This document shows, one piece after another, positions 1 to 12,700 of a DNA stretch of 64,000 nucleotides (positions are counted from its first letter, which is position 1; every line of letters begins with the position of its first letter). Both the position numbers and the translations under genes were made by a program. The notes under the pieces are model-generated. The model was not told the origin of the DNA. It did no database searches and worked only from the letters and a program-made list of their open reading frames with translations. Where the stretch lies: NCBI RefSeq assembly GCF_001194135.2, contig NC_069007.1, positions 1,746,669-1,810,668 of the forward strand, written 5' to 3'. Source of the stretch: Octopus bimaculoides. Its lineage: Eukaryota.

Positions 1-970
1 TTGTTATTATTGTTGTTGGTATGTATGAGCAATACTTCCTTTAATATGTATTTATTTTGAATATATTTAAACATTTTTACAGTTAAGAATTATGTTTACA
101 AATATAAATTTTATTTACAGTTAAAAATAATGTTTTCCGTTTTGATTCTAAGCGGCCCATGTCCCCCAAAATGAATGCATGTCCATACTTTGAACTCCCA
201 ACGTATAGCCGGAAGAGACACCGCTAGACTTTGTGCTCGACGCGCTACCGATTCTGTCAGCTTGGAGCGTTACACTCAATGCCTTTCTAATAAATGAAAT
301 GTTTTTAGTAGAAAGAAATTTTATATAATTGTATTATTCTCTGGCACTAAAAATAAACACGCAAAATTAAAAAAAAAAAAAGAGAAAGAAACAAGCCAGA
401 TTATATTCTCCAATTAACACATCGATTTATTTTCGCGGTTTACAACATTTTAAAGAAAATTAGAATGACAATTGGATTGCTTACGAATTTCCTTTTAACA
501 TTGCTGATTAATTGTCGGGAATTTACAATTCAGATTGGTTTACAATTTATAAAACGTGTATTTTATGTTTAGCTACAGAATATATTTCCGGACTAGTTTT
601 AGGTTCGTATTTAACAGAGTCAATATACTTCTTTGTTTACACTATACTTGCATAAGAAAAGAAATTCTTTCTATAAATGTGCTTCAGTTTCTGTACTAAC
701 GTAAACATAAAGTGTAAATACTGCTAAATGTATAACAACTTTATCAGAATGTTTTTTTTTTTGTTCAGCTTATGTATTATGCAAATTTAATAGATCTAGT
801 TATTTGGTTCTGTCTATGTTGTGATATCGACGATAAATGGTGTTAGCCGATCCTAATGGTCCAAAGACTCCATGTCATTGTTAATGTTGAGGAGTGCAAG
901 CGGGAATATCGATTTACATTACCATATACACACTATGTACATACATACATATATACATACAAACATACAT

Positions 971-1013
<43 letters not shown>

Positions 1014-1440
1014 CAATGTTAATTCTCTAAATGAAGTATTAACAGTAACTGNNNNNNNNNNNNNNNNNNNNNNNNNNNNNNNNNNNNNNNNNNNNNNNNN
1101 NNNNNNNNNNNNNNNNNNNNNNNNNNNNNNNNNNNNNNNNNNNNNNNNNNNNNNNNNNNNNNNNNNNNNNNNNNNNNNNNNNNNNNNNNNNNNNNNNNNN
1201 NNNNNNNNNNNNNNNNNNNNNNNNNNNNNNNNNNNNNNNNNNNNNNNNNNNNNNNNNNNNNNNNNNNNNNNNNNNNNNNNNNNNNNNNNNNNNNNNNNNN
1301 NNNNNNNNNNNNNNNNNNNNNNNNNNNNNNNNNNNNNNNNNNNNNNNNNNNNNNNNNNNNNNNNNNNATATATATATATATATATATATTCTTCACTCAT
1401 TTATTACTGTTATATTATTATTTTAGCGCCTGCCCATTGT

Positions 1441-1477
1441 CCGGAAATCTTTCGTCACATGTCTGTGACCTCTTCAG
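1441..1477 (-). ncRNA. Hammerhead-ribozyme-like core (minimal type I, Penelope-like pLTR remnant)
   Basis: Minus strand reads CUGAAGA-G-GUCAC-AGACAU-GUGAC-GAAA-GAUUUC: conserved core boxes and a perfect 5-bp stem II. Stem I is not evident. Confidence 0.5.
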
Positions 1478-1575
1478 ATACTTTTCGATTCCGGCTTGTT
1501 CTTGTTCCACTTACTGCATTCTGTTCATCTAAGATGTGACAGATGTTTGATGGAAGATTTCCGGACAATGGACAG

Positions 1576-1655
1576 CCGTGGTCTTGCGCGACCAGTATAG
1601 TGCCCCCAGTCTCTATTTTAGTGTTCCTTTCGTCAACCAATCCTACCTATTTTTC
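1576..1655 (-). mobile_element. Displaced R4/Dong-clade ORF fragment (region upstream of the zinc knuckle)
   Basis: Minus strand translates, with a stop and a frameshift, as R*DWLTKGTLK/ETGGTILVAQD, resembling the WL..G.LK.ETEG.I.AAQDQ motif of R4-clade elements. Confidence 0.55.
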
Positions 1656-1661
1656 CAGCTG

Positions 1662-2210
1662 TGTCAGCTGTTCAATACCAGTGAACTAAGGTAACACCTC
1701 TTATTTTTCGAGCACCTTTTGGAGTATTCGGGCTGTTTCAAGCAGTGCTGTTTTCTGCAAATTCTCCACCCTTACTGCAGCCACTATTTATTCTACGTAC
1801 TTCTCGAGATTTCTTTTCACTGTTCCCAGGGCTCCGACAATTATTGGTACTACTACTACCTTTCTCATCGACCACAACTGCTTTACGTCCCACGCTAACC
1901 TGTCATATCTATCGAGTTTTCTTTCTTCTTTATCGCATACCTTATTTTCAGCTGGGCATGCTATATCTATGATCCAGCATAGTTTGTTTTCTTTCTCAAT
2001 TACGGCTATGTCTGGCTTCCTATTCTCTATCTCATGGTCGCACTGAATCATAAAATCGCATAAAACCTATGCATTTCAATTTCCGACGATACCTTCGGGT
2101 TTGCGGTCGTACCAATTTTTTGCTCTGTCAAAGTGTCCAATGGACAAGCCTGGCTATATTGTCGTGGCGTCTCTTATTTTCCTACTGGGTTACTGGCGTA
2201 CACTGACCGG
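1662..2210 (-). mobile_element. R4/Dong-clade non-LTR retrotransposon, 3' fragment with restriction-like endonuclease (decayed)
   Basis: KRRHDNIARLVHW...WYDRKPEG...DFMIQCDHEIENRKPDIAVIEKENKLCWIIDIACP...K.DRY..LAW.V..LW...VVVVPIIVGALG...ENLQKTALLETARILQKVL* (stop at 1701-1703), i.e. the RH and PD..D..K RLE motifs. Contains frameshifts and stops. Confidence 0.85.
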
Positions 2211-2242
2211 TATTATTATTATTATTACTAATATTATTGTTA

Positions 2243-2276
<34 letters not shown>
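2211..2276. repeat. (ATT)n/(TAA)n microsatellite
   Basis: Direct reading. Confidence 0.95.
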
Positions 2277-3180
2277 ATATGCATGTATGTGTGTCTGTAC
2301 ACCCATATGCACACAAATTATGTCCAATTTCTTTGTACAAGATTCCTCTCAAAATGTATTATCACAATTCAGATAGAAACGTAATTTATTGATTTAACAA
2401 TAACACGTCTCCTTTGTTTGCCATGTTACACCAAGAAGAAAATGAATTACTTTACACTCGCTCACTCTAGAAGTGCTGCTCTATTTATATCTGAGTAGGT
2501 TCTTACGCATTGTAACTTCAGGACCGAGAAGCCATAAGTCATAGTGCTGCTTTGTAAAATAAACATCTTGGACAGCTCCTATCAAGATATGCGTTTAAGC
2601 ACCATGCTCAAATGTCTAATATGACGAAATAGCAAGTAAAAGACTAGTTTGATTAGCGGACTAATTACGTATAATCGCATATATGCATAACCTCTTACAT
2701 TTTACATACTTACAGCAAGTATATATACAACCGTAGACATAAGCATACAAATAAAACCTCATGTCTTCAATAAGTGTGTGTGCATGTGTTTGTAATTATT
2801 TTGGTAGATTTAAGATCCAACCAGTTTCCTCTTGAATCGTATTCCAGTAATACAGTTCTTCTATTTAACTGCTCTATTTATGTGATGAGGTATAGATTAG
2901 AGTTAAAAGGTCTGAGCATATTGTTTGTAGAGTAATCCTACATCAAAATAGGAGGCTGGAAAAGAAATTGGGGGCATTATTTATTCACCATTACATACGC
3001 CTTATTTGATAAGAAGAATTACAAAATTGAAATTGTAGGATAAACATGTTAGAAATTTCCTATTACAAATTCTTGATACAGGATCAAAATAATTCGGTAT
3101 TTTTTGATCGTATGTCAAGAATTTCTACACAGATATTTCTAACATATTTCTCCCACATGTGCAATTTGTAATTCCTATTA

Positions 3181-3318
3181 GTTTCTGTTTATCAAATACC
3201 CTCAAGAGATTTTGGTCGGCTTGAGGCTATAGTAGAAGACTATTGCTGAAAGGTCCACGCAGTAGGACTGAACATACAGCCATGTAGTTACGAAGAAAGC
3301 TTCTTACCACACAACCAT
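3181..3318 (-). mobile_element. tRNA-derived SINE family A, head region
   Basis: Reverse complement matches the TGGCTGTGTGGTAAG...GTTCAGTCC...TCTACTATAGCC...GCCGACCAAA pattern seen at 9914 and 17566. Confidence 0.8.
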
Positions 3319-4239
3319 ATTTTGTGAAGTCATCTTGGAGCTTTTTACAGACACCAATCTCAGGAGTTGGAGTTAGTTACAACATAAAATCCAACAGAGT
3401 TATAATCACCTACTCCACATAACACTCAGACTACATTTGTTTTATATAGTTTCATATTTTTATAAGAATTAGATTAAATTTGGAAAGTTATTCGATACAG
3501 GTTTCAATAAATTTAATTCAAACCTGAGTCATACAAATTTTTGTTTCTTTTAATTACGTTTGTCATTCCTTTTTGATTACCTCTATTTAATAAATGGATT
3601 TTTAATAAATGTAATTTTTGAAACCTATTAGGTTACTTATTTTTTCTACATTTAATTTCCAGCACCAAAATCCCTACAACGTATTAAGGTTTCTTAATTT
3701 TACAGTAATAATTCACTGACGTCATATTTCTCTTTCTTCTGCTTTAAATGTAAAATATCTGATGGCTTGTTTCTATATAGTTTTTCTGTTTTTAATTTCC
3801 TTTATTTTCTCTTGTCTCCCTACGTTAATATTCAGAATATGGTTATGTTTTTACATCTTTCGTGTGAGAACTTCAATGTAATATTTCCGGGGGATAGTTA
3901 TGTATTTCAATATACTCATCCGTTACTCCATCGACACAGATGCATTTCAAAATGTTTGATATAAATCAGTGATGTTACAGCTGTGTCATTAATTAGACTC
4001 TTTCTCAGAAGATTCAGTAAAAAAAAGAAGGAAGAGAAAGAATAGAGAAAGCTCAATGTGTGTATGTATGTGTGTACCTGTAAATTGAAGACGGGATTAA
4101 ACGCGATAATTTCATCACTTATCTGTATGTATACAAACACCATATTGACACGCTCACACAAACATATGTATACATATGTAAATACATATATTACAATGCA
4201 TCTTTTAAAAATTGCTGCAATACTCATCTTCTTTGTGTG

Positions 4240-4376
4240 CTAGTCACGGGGTCAAACATTCCTGAAAGTTTCACCCGAATCCATGCAGCGGTTCTGAAGA
4301 TATCTTTTCTATGGAGAAACAAACAAATAAACACAACTGGAAGCAATAGCACCGCTTTAGCGAAGGTGGGAGGAAT
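4240..4376 (+). mobile_element. Possible Helentron/HINE-like non-autonomous repeat end
   Basis: AAGTTTCA..GAATCCAT.CAGCGGTT.TG.AGATATC followed by ACAAAC repeats and a terminal GC-rich hairpin-like segment. This resembles the layout of HINE-type repeats from memory only. Confidence 0.3.
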
Positions 4377-4377
4377 T

Positions 4378-4763
4378 AGGCGAGCTGGTAGAATCGTTTG
4401 AACGCTGAGGTCATTTCGTTCGTCAAGACGCTCGGAGTCCAGATTCTGCCGTGGTCGACTTTACATTTCGGGATCACTAAAATAATTACCACTCGAGTAC
4501 CGGGGGGAGGGTCAATCTCATCGACATACCCCACCCCCGAAATTGCAGGCGACATGCTGAAATTTGAAACCAATATTAAAGTAAACATATAATACGACGA
4601 ACTGTAAGATTCGTTAGCACGGCGGAAGAGATTAGAGGCATTTCGTCTGTCTTTATGTTCAAATTCCACTATTGCTGGTATTGCCTTACATCCACTCGGT
4701 GTCGATGATATAACTAATTACCCCTCTCACGAAATTAGTGGCTTTGTGCCAAAAGTTAAATAC
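4378..4763 (+). mobile_element. Two head-to-tail SINE family B copies (M-type tail)
   Basis: Two GGCGAGCTGG.AGAATCGTT heads, GTCGACTTT cores and CC...GAAATT..GG...GTGC..AAA tails at 4378-4578 and about 4595-4763. Confidence 0.75.
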
Positions 4764-6449
4764 AATAATATATTAAATACAATAATTTTTTTATATTTTC
4801 CTATATTTTCACTACAGCCATTCTAAGGAATTCCTGATAGTTTGGAAGGACGTGTTGAAAGAATAATTGTGAAATTTACCTATATATATATATATATATA
4901 TATATATNNNNNNNNNNNNNNNNNNNNNNNNNNNNNNNNNNNNNNNNNNNNNNNNNNNNNNNNNNNNNNNNNNNNNNNNNNNNNNNNNNNNNNNNNNNNN
5001 NNNNNNNNNNNNNNNNNNNNNNNNNNNNNNNNNNNNNNNNNNNNNNNNNNNNNNNNNNNNNNNNNNNNNNNNNNNNNNNNNNNNNNNNNNNNNNNNNNNN
5101 NNNNNNNNNNNNNNNNNNNNNNNNNNNNNNNNNNNNNNNNNNNNNNNNNNNNNNNNNNNNNNNNNNNNNNNNNNNNNNNNNNNNNNNNNNNNNNNNNNNN
5201 NNNNNNNNNNNNNNNNNNNNNNNNNNNNNNNNNNNNNNNNNNNNNNNNNNNNNNNNNNNNNNNNNNNNNNNNNNNNNNNNNNNNNNNNNNNNNNNNNNNN
5301 NNNNATATATATGCACACATGCATAAATATATATATTTATGGCAGTTTCCATGAATATTCCACAGTCATTTTGAAAACGGTATTAATGTTCGTAGTTTTG
5401 AGAGCCAACAACCATAATTTCCATTCGAACTATTTGACTTTTTAGATTGTGAATCGTTTCCCATATCAGATGACTATTTACTCCGTGAATAAATAATGCG
5501 GAGAAGAAACAAGAAAAAAAAACAGTAATTTATTGCTCACATATTTAATGAAAGGCGCATCGCAATGTTAATTAAAATTGATTATGTGTGAAAGAAACAA
5601 AAATCTAATTACATACACTGACTATTACACTGTGCCACATTTATTTTCTTTGGTCAGTCTGTGTAATTCCTTATTTATCGCTTTCTAGAAATGAGAGGAA
5701 AAGACAACTATTCACTTCAAATTTTGCTATTGTGCCCTGGACACCAATGTTTGTAACTGACCTATTTTCCATAACATTTCCTAGAGATTCAGCACTGATT
5801 TGCAGAAGCAGATATATCGTTATAACAAATATTCTTCTTGTTGCTAAAGATTTGCTTATCAGTTGCTTTGATCTTAACAACTTGAGCATGTCCCTTAGCA
5901 GTTGACAACGTATGCATCTCTGATGAGGTGCAGGAGTAGTGGGGGAATATCATAGCCATATTTGGGGCTTCGATATATGTAACAAAAGCAAAGTTTGAAG
6001 GAAATATCAGTCATTTTTCATACTTTCTGGCGCAAAGCAAGTTCCTACACAAGGACAAAAATCGTGTTACACAGTTATATTTTAATTATTCACTAATTGT
6101 ATTTTTCTCTAAGTCCAAAATAATTAGTTCTATTTTGATTTTTATATCTCCCTTGTATTATTCGGCTATGTTTTATGAGAAAAAAAAAATGAACATGTCA
6201 CTTTTTCCTCAGTCACACATACCTCACCTACTGCCTCTTATATCCCCTGTCTCTATTATTCCCAACGTAGGGAACATACATTACTGGGGGATGGGGGGAT
6301 GGGAAAATGCTTATAGATCGTTGGATCCGAAAAATATTTTCATTTCTTTTTAGTGAGACTTGGAATTGTGAAAATTTATCTTTTGTAGCAAACATACCAC
6401 AACTAGGGACTTAAAACGGGCTTCACTACTATTGGAGACCGTCAAAAGT

Positions 6450-6530
6450 CTGTGAGCTGGCAGGACCATTAGCACCTCGGGCAAAATACTTACCAGCATT
6501 TCATTTCGTCTGTCATACTGTTCTGTGACC
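6450..6530 (+). mobile_element. SINE family B 5' fragment
   Basis: GTGAGCTGGCAGGACCATTAGCACCTCGGGCAAAATACTTA...ATTTCGTCTGTC. Confidence 0.7.
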
Positions 6531-7267
6531 ATGAACAGGGATTCAGAAAGTGATAGGCCTATTAGAAATAGCAGCTATACCATCCTCTCTTGACGATACA
6601 TCAGTTTAGATTAGGAAGTCTCGTTAGGTAAGTTAGTCATACTCATACTTAAAAAGACAAGAAATGGCTTCTTAAATGGGTTTGGATTTGTTCATTGGAA
6701 TGCTGGATCAAGTATAACCTAGGGCCAAACAACATCAGCAGAAAACAATGTTTGTTGTAAAGTTTTTATGTGATACTAAGATTAAGTTTAGGTTTAATGT
6801 GAGATAATTTTCTTACGCGGGTTAATTGCTCCGGCTCCAGGTAAGAGTCGATAGCGCTATTATCACAAACAGATCTAACTACGGTAGGTTAATTGAATCA
6901 ACATGTTTAACCGAACTGCCAAACAACGAGTGCAGTCCATGCCTCATGCTTCTACAACTCAAAGGGCATTCATAAGGCTTTGCATAGAGATGCTTGTCAA
7001 AGGAACAATATCGTAGAACGGGGCCTGTGATTAATTAATTTTAGAACGAGCATATTCTCTGCATGCAATTAAAACTGGGTTTACTATTATCCTTTACCAG
7101 TAAAGATATACATTAATTACATATATGGAAGTTTAAGATTCCCTTAAATACAAATATTTTCTTCATGAACAACACCAATTTAAAATACTTCAAATTGGAT
7201 GAGAGATTCTGTAGGTGTTTTATATATCTGTATACAAAATTACTTTGTTTTGGTGGTTTGTTAATTG

Positions 7268-7319
<52 letters not shown>

Positions 7320-7973
7320 TGCATGCACAGACACACACATACATACATTTAAACACATATGCGCATATGTGTATGTGGAGACACACACAGTCATATATGT
7401 ATATATATGCAAATAGACAGTCAACACACAAACATATACAGATGTGTAGATTGGCGTAATTCGCTATTTTATACTGCAAGAAGTATGGCTAAAAACAAAC
7501 ATGTTTCTCTCTATTTTTGTTTTATTTCATTTTATTTATTGTGTTTTTACTGGTTTGCTGATAAATGAGAAATTGATAGATTAACGAAAATTAAATTGCA
7601 GCTCGGTTAAAAAATAAAACGATAGTATCGTATTGAAAAAAAGAAAATAAAAGAATTCACTAATTCATCATATGATTGAAGTCAAAGTACTGTTGAATGT
7701 TTTCTCCTCAAAATATAATGAAGATATATTTCACCATTTCCTTGAAAACAGCAATTAGAATGGAATGGCTTTTATTGTTCACATTATTCAGTTTGGTAAA
7801 GCGAGGAACAGTTAGAATCATCAGAACGTCGAATACAATGTGTTGTGGTATTTAAAGCATATTATTGCCCATCTGCTTTTCTTTTAAGCACGAAATAAAT
7901 CCAATTTTAGTTTTAGGTTTTGAAGAGAAAATCACATCCCATTGCAGGAGTCAAAATTTGATCTTCCTCTTCA

Positions 7974-8745
7974 AGACAGTGACTTAGCTGAAACGTCAGC
8001 ACACCAGATGAAATGCCCAGTTCCATTTGGTCTGCCTTTACGTTTGGAATTCAAATTCCATCGTGATCGACTTAGCCTCAGGTCGATTTTACTCGAGGTG
8101 CTAATGGTCTTGCCATCTCACCAACTTTTGACAGTCTCCAATAGTAGTGAAGCCCGTTTTAATGTAATAAATATGTCATTACATTTACGTTTGGAGTTCA
8201 AATTCCATCGTGGTCGATTTTGCCTTGTATTTTTTCGGGGTTGATATAACAACCGTTTAAGTTTATTTAATCGACTTACTCCTCCTTCGAACCTACCGAA
8301 TATTTTATCTCCTCGAAGGCGGCGAGCTGGTAGAATCGTTAGCACCCCGGGCAAAATGCTTAGCGGTTTTTCGTCTGCCTTTATGTTCTGAGTTCAACTT
8401 CCGACGAGGTCGACTTTGCCTTTCATCCTTTCGGGGTCGATTAAACACAATGGAGTCGACGTAATCTACTTAATTCCTTTGTTTGTCCTTGTGTGTCCCT
8501 TCTATGCTTAGCCCCTTTGTGGGCAATAAAGAAATAAGTATCGTTATAACGTCGGAAAAATGCTGTGCGGTGTTTCATCAGTCTTTTCGATCTGGTGCCA
8601 AATTTCGCCAACCTAGACTCTGCCTTTCATCTACTCGGGGTGGATAAAACAATTACAGGCAGAAAACTAGAGTCAACCTAATCAGTTTAACCCCTACCAA
8701 CAAACTTTCAGACATTACTCCTACAATAGAAAGAATATTTGATAT
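7974..8745 (+). mobile_element. SINE family B cluster: interrupted old copy (7974-8300) and composite T-tail/M-tail copy (8317-8745)
   Basis: Heads at 7974 and 8317; core GAGGTCGACTTTGCCTTTCATCCTTTCGGGGTCGAT; T-tail ends AATAAAGAAATA at 8536, then the sequence restarts at AG.ATCGTTA and ends in a decayed M-tail. Confidence 0.85.
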
Positions 8746-8754
8746 CTCTTGTGA

Positions 8755-8790
<36 letters not shown>

Positions 8791-8997
8791 NNNNNNNNNN
8801 NNNNNNNNNNNNNNNNNNNNNNNNNNNNNNNNNNNNNNNNNNNNNNNNNNNNNNNNNNNNNNNNNNNNNNNNNNNNNNNNNNNNNNNNNNNNNNNNNNNN
8901 NNNNNNNNNNNNNNNNNNNNNNNNNNNNATATATAATCTCTTTCTTTCTCTCTTCCTCTCTCTTTCCATTTCGCACACAAATATAAGCCCGTTGTGC

Positions 8998-9033
<36 letters not shown>

Positions 9034-9913
9034 CTGTGCATGTTAACCAGAAGTTCAAACCTTTGCAGAGTCACTCTCACTCTGTCTACGTAAACGTTGG
9101 AATTATAATAAGGAATACCCACTTGATCGAAGAAAGGAATCACCATTGTCTAAAGCGTAACAAGACCAAAGTAACAGTTTAGAGAAAAAGACATTGGTTT
9201 CATATCTAGCGTGAACTAAAGATATCTTCGGTTTCTCCCAACGATAACTGTTCTCTGAAAAGAATGTCTTTTACTTTACGCATACAAAAATAAACAACTG
9301 CTCTATATTTTGTAGGGGTGTGTGCTCGTCTCTTGATTCATGATCTTATTACAAATATATATACTTGTAAATATATACACACACACAAGCATACATATAT
9401 ATCTTCATGAAACAGCTTACACTGCAGGATACTCCTTAATCACCTATTAATTGCAAATCACAGTAAACTTCCCGACATTGTAAGCATTCTCATTAATAAT
9501 GGTTACTTTCTTATTTGCACATAACAAGAATTCGCTTGCTAAGTTTATGTAGTTATTTCCACGTACTCAGCTACAGTAGTGATATACAACTGGCTGAAAC
9601 CAGATGGACGTAGCTTTGTCTTTATATCCAGAATTGACTCAAGCTGCTACAAATGACTACAAACTACTTGCGTATCTCACGTACAATATTTCATGTCTCC
9701 CCGCTGTCTCCGCTTGCGACAAGTATGTGCACTACCAAAATATTAGGGCTATTGTAGGATATATTGGATGCAAACAATGTTGCTTCCATCTGCTATACAC
9801 TTTCTGGCTGAGGGCATGCTGCAAGAGAGTATTAACTTTGGAGTTATCCTTCTTGTAGATTGATTGGTTCCACTGCAGCTCAGGAGCCAAATCTACACTT
9901 TAAAGTATGTAGT

Positions 9914-10071
9914 GAGGAGTGGCTGCGTGGTAAGTAGCTTGCTTACCAACCACATGGACCCGGGTTCAGTCCCACCGCATGACACCTTGGGCAAGTGTTT
10001 TCTACTATAGTCTCGGGCCGACCAAAACTTTGTGAGTGGATTTGGTAGACGGAAGTTGAAACAAGACCGTC

Positions 10072-10073
<2 letters not shown>
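9914..10073 (+). mobile_element. tRNA-derived SINE family A (possibly one of the described octopus OK/OR SINEs; not verified)
   Basis: A-box-like TGGCTGCGTGG, B-box-like GGTTCAGTCC, body CCTTGGGCAAGTG..TTCTACTATAG..TCGGGCCGACCAAA, followed by (TA)n/(TG)n. Confidence 0.9.
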
Positions 10074-10115
<42 letters not shown>

Positions 10116-10449
10116 CTGTGTCTGTGTATGTGCAAGCGTAGTTATCTGTACATGTACGCGTACGTACGTGAATGTGTGTGTATGTGCAAGTGCGAGTGTG
10201 TACATATGTATGTGTGTGTGCGTGCGTTCGTCTTAGTGTTTTTCCTGTTTATTCTTCGACAGCTTGATAACTGGTTTTAATTTGCTTCCGTAAATAAAGA
10301 GGACAATTCTCTAAAAACAAAAAGACTTAAAAACAAAAATAATTGCCGTTAACAAATAGTTTGTTTAAACCCTTCAAACGTATGCCCCAGTATGGTCGCA
10401 ATCAAGTAAAAGTATAAACCCAAAACGTATATATATTTATATTTATATA

Positions 10450-10688
10450 TATGCGTATAAGAAGCGATGACCACTAGGTGGACATCCAATATGCTAGAAA
10501 GAGGTCATCAACGACCCAACCATAAAAGAAAAATCATGTTCTCCAGAAAAAATTCATCAAAATACCGGGGCTTAGGTATTTTGTCGATTTTTTTCTGGAG
10601 AACATGATTTTTCTTTTGTGGTTGGGTCGTTGATGACCTCTCTCTAGCATATTGGATGCCCACCTAGTGCTCATCCCTTACACGCATG
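10450..10688. mobile_element. Foldback MITE, TA-flanked (Tc1/mariner-type non-autonomous element)
   Basis: Arms of about 115 bp (10451-10566 and 10575-10687) are near-perfect reverse complements around an 8-nt loop, with TA on both sides. Confidence 0.8.
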
Positions 10689-11813
10689 TAATACAATTTT
10701 TCTGAATTATCAGATTTTTATATGCTAGATCACTGGTTTTAAATTGAAATTAATATTCAATTTATCACCCTCTATATATATATATATATATATATNNNNN
10801 NNNNNNNNNNNNNNNNNNNNNNNNNNNNNNNNNNNNNNNNNNNNNNNNNNNNNNNNNNNNNNNNNNNNNNNNNNNNNNNNNNNNNNNNNNNNNNNNNNNN
10901 NNNNNNNNNNNNNNNNNNNNNNNNNNNNNNNNNNNNNNNNNNNNNNNNNNNNNNNNNNNNNNNNNNNNNNNNNNNNNNNNNNNNNNNNNNNNNNNNNNNN
11001 NNNNNNNNNNNNNNNNNNNNNNNNNNNNNNNNNNNNNNNNNNNNNNNNNNNNNNNNNNNNNNNNNNNNNNNNNNNNNNNNNNNNNNNNNNNNNNNNNNNN
11101 NNNNNNNNNNNNNNNNNNNNNNNNNNNNNNNNNNNNNNNNNNNNNNNAAGGCTCAATTTAATTTTAATTTTTTATAAATTGATTTTAATTGAGTTTTTTA
11201 CCTGTAATTTTGGATTTTGTCCCTAATAATATTATTATTATATATATATATATACAAAGGTTAGATAAATTAGACTCGTTGCAAACATACAGTTCTCTTT
11301 ATGTTTTATTTATCCCTTATAAGTGATATGTTTCTCTCTCGATCACCAACAACCAGAAAGTGTCAAAATAAAATAACACAGGAACTATCTTAACGAGGAA
11401 TTATCGTAACGAAACAGCAAAAGAAATGTACCGCACTGTGTCGTGCACCGTAAGCATCTATGGAAATAATAGTTTGAGTTAGATAACTTTTAAAGATGGA
11501 AATCGTATATAAAATACAGACGGATTTTCACACCACTATCGTTGTGAAATAACTTCATTAAGATTACAACGCAAAACGAAATAACATTTTCGCACGTCAA
11601 CGTAGCATGTTTTCTATTTTTGAACACTTTTATTTACGTTCGATGAGGAGGCAGTTTATTTCTGCATGTATGCACCGATGGCTATAAGTACACATACGCA
11701 CACGCACTTTGTATATTTACATGCATGAATATATACATACGTACATGCATATATAAATGTGTGTGTGTATTTATATATATATGTGTGTGCTTTTGTGAGT
11801 ATGTGCATATATA

Positions 11814-11878
<65 letters not shown>

Positions 11879-12244
11879 ATACATATATATGTATATATAT
11901 AAGTATATATGCATATATATACATATAAATATATATACATAGACAAATGAATGTGGTGTACATATTTTTATATTATTATGTGTGTATGTGCGTGTGCCTG
12001 TGTGCGTGTGTATGTGTGTGTGCCTGTGTGCGTGTGTATGTGTTTCTTAGTGTGTTTGGATTAAAGAGGTTATAGTTTGACTTAAGCTTCCCGTAGCTTC
12101 TGCTAAATATGCTGAAGGGTGAAGCTGTAATAAAAATGAAATAAGCCGTGGATGTATCTGATAGATTCTCCGATGTGCTGTGCTTCCCCATTAATTGAGA
12201 CCTTTCAAACAAAATCTAATCACAGATGGAAGTTATAATACTGA

Positions 12245-12700
12245 AGATCAGGAATGATGAGGATAGCGAAGAAGACGTAACTACGATGGTAGCGGTGCTG
12301 ATAATAAGGACGATTTTCATGGTGAACATTATGACAACAACGGTGGTGTCGACGATAATGACGGTGATAATGACGATGATGACGATTACGATGAATGATG
12401 AGCGTGGTGAGGGGGAATCATGCTGATAATCTCCACGATAATGCGGTTGAGCATGATACTATCAATGGTATTTTCTCGAAGCCTTTTCGGAACGTTGGAA
12501 ATGATAACAGCAACAACAACAAAAATAATAAAAAATAATAATGGTAATAACAACCACAATAATAATCATTATAATTATAAACAATGATAATAATAATAAC
12601 AATAATGATAATAATATTAGCTAAAATAATGATAATAACAACAATATTAAAATAATAATAATGATAAGAAGAAGTATAATATTGAAAGTATAATATTGAA
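12245..12700. repeat. Degenerate (GAT/GAC)n and (AAT/AAC)n trinucleotide tracts
   Basis: Direct reading. Confidence 0.85.
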
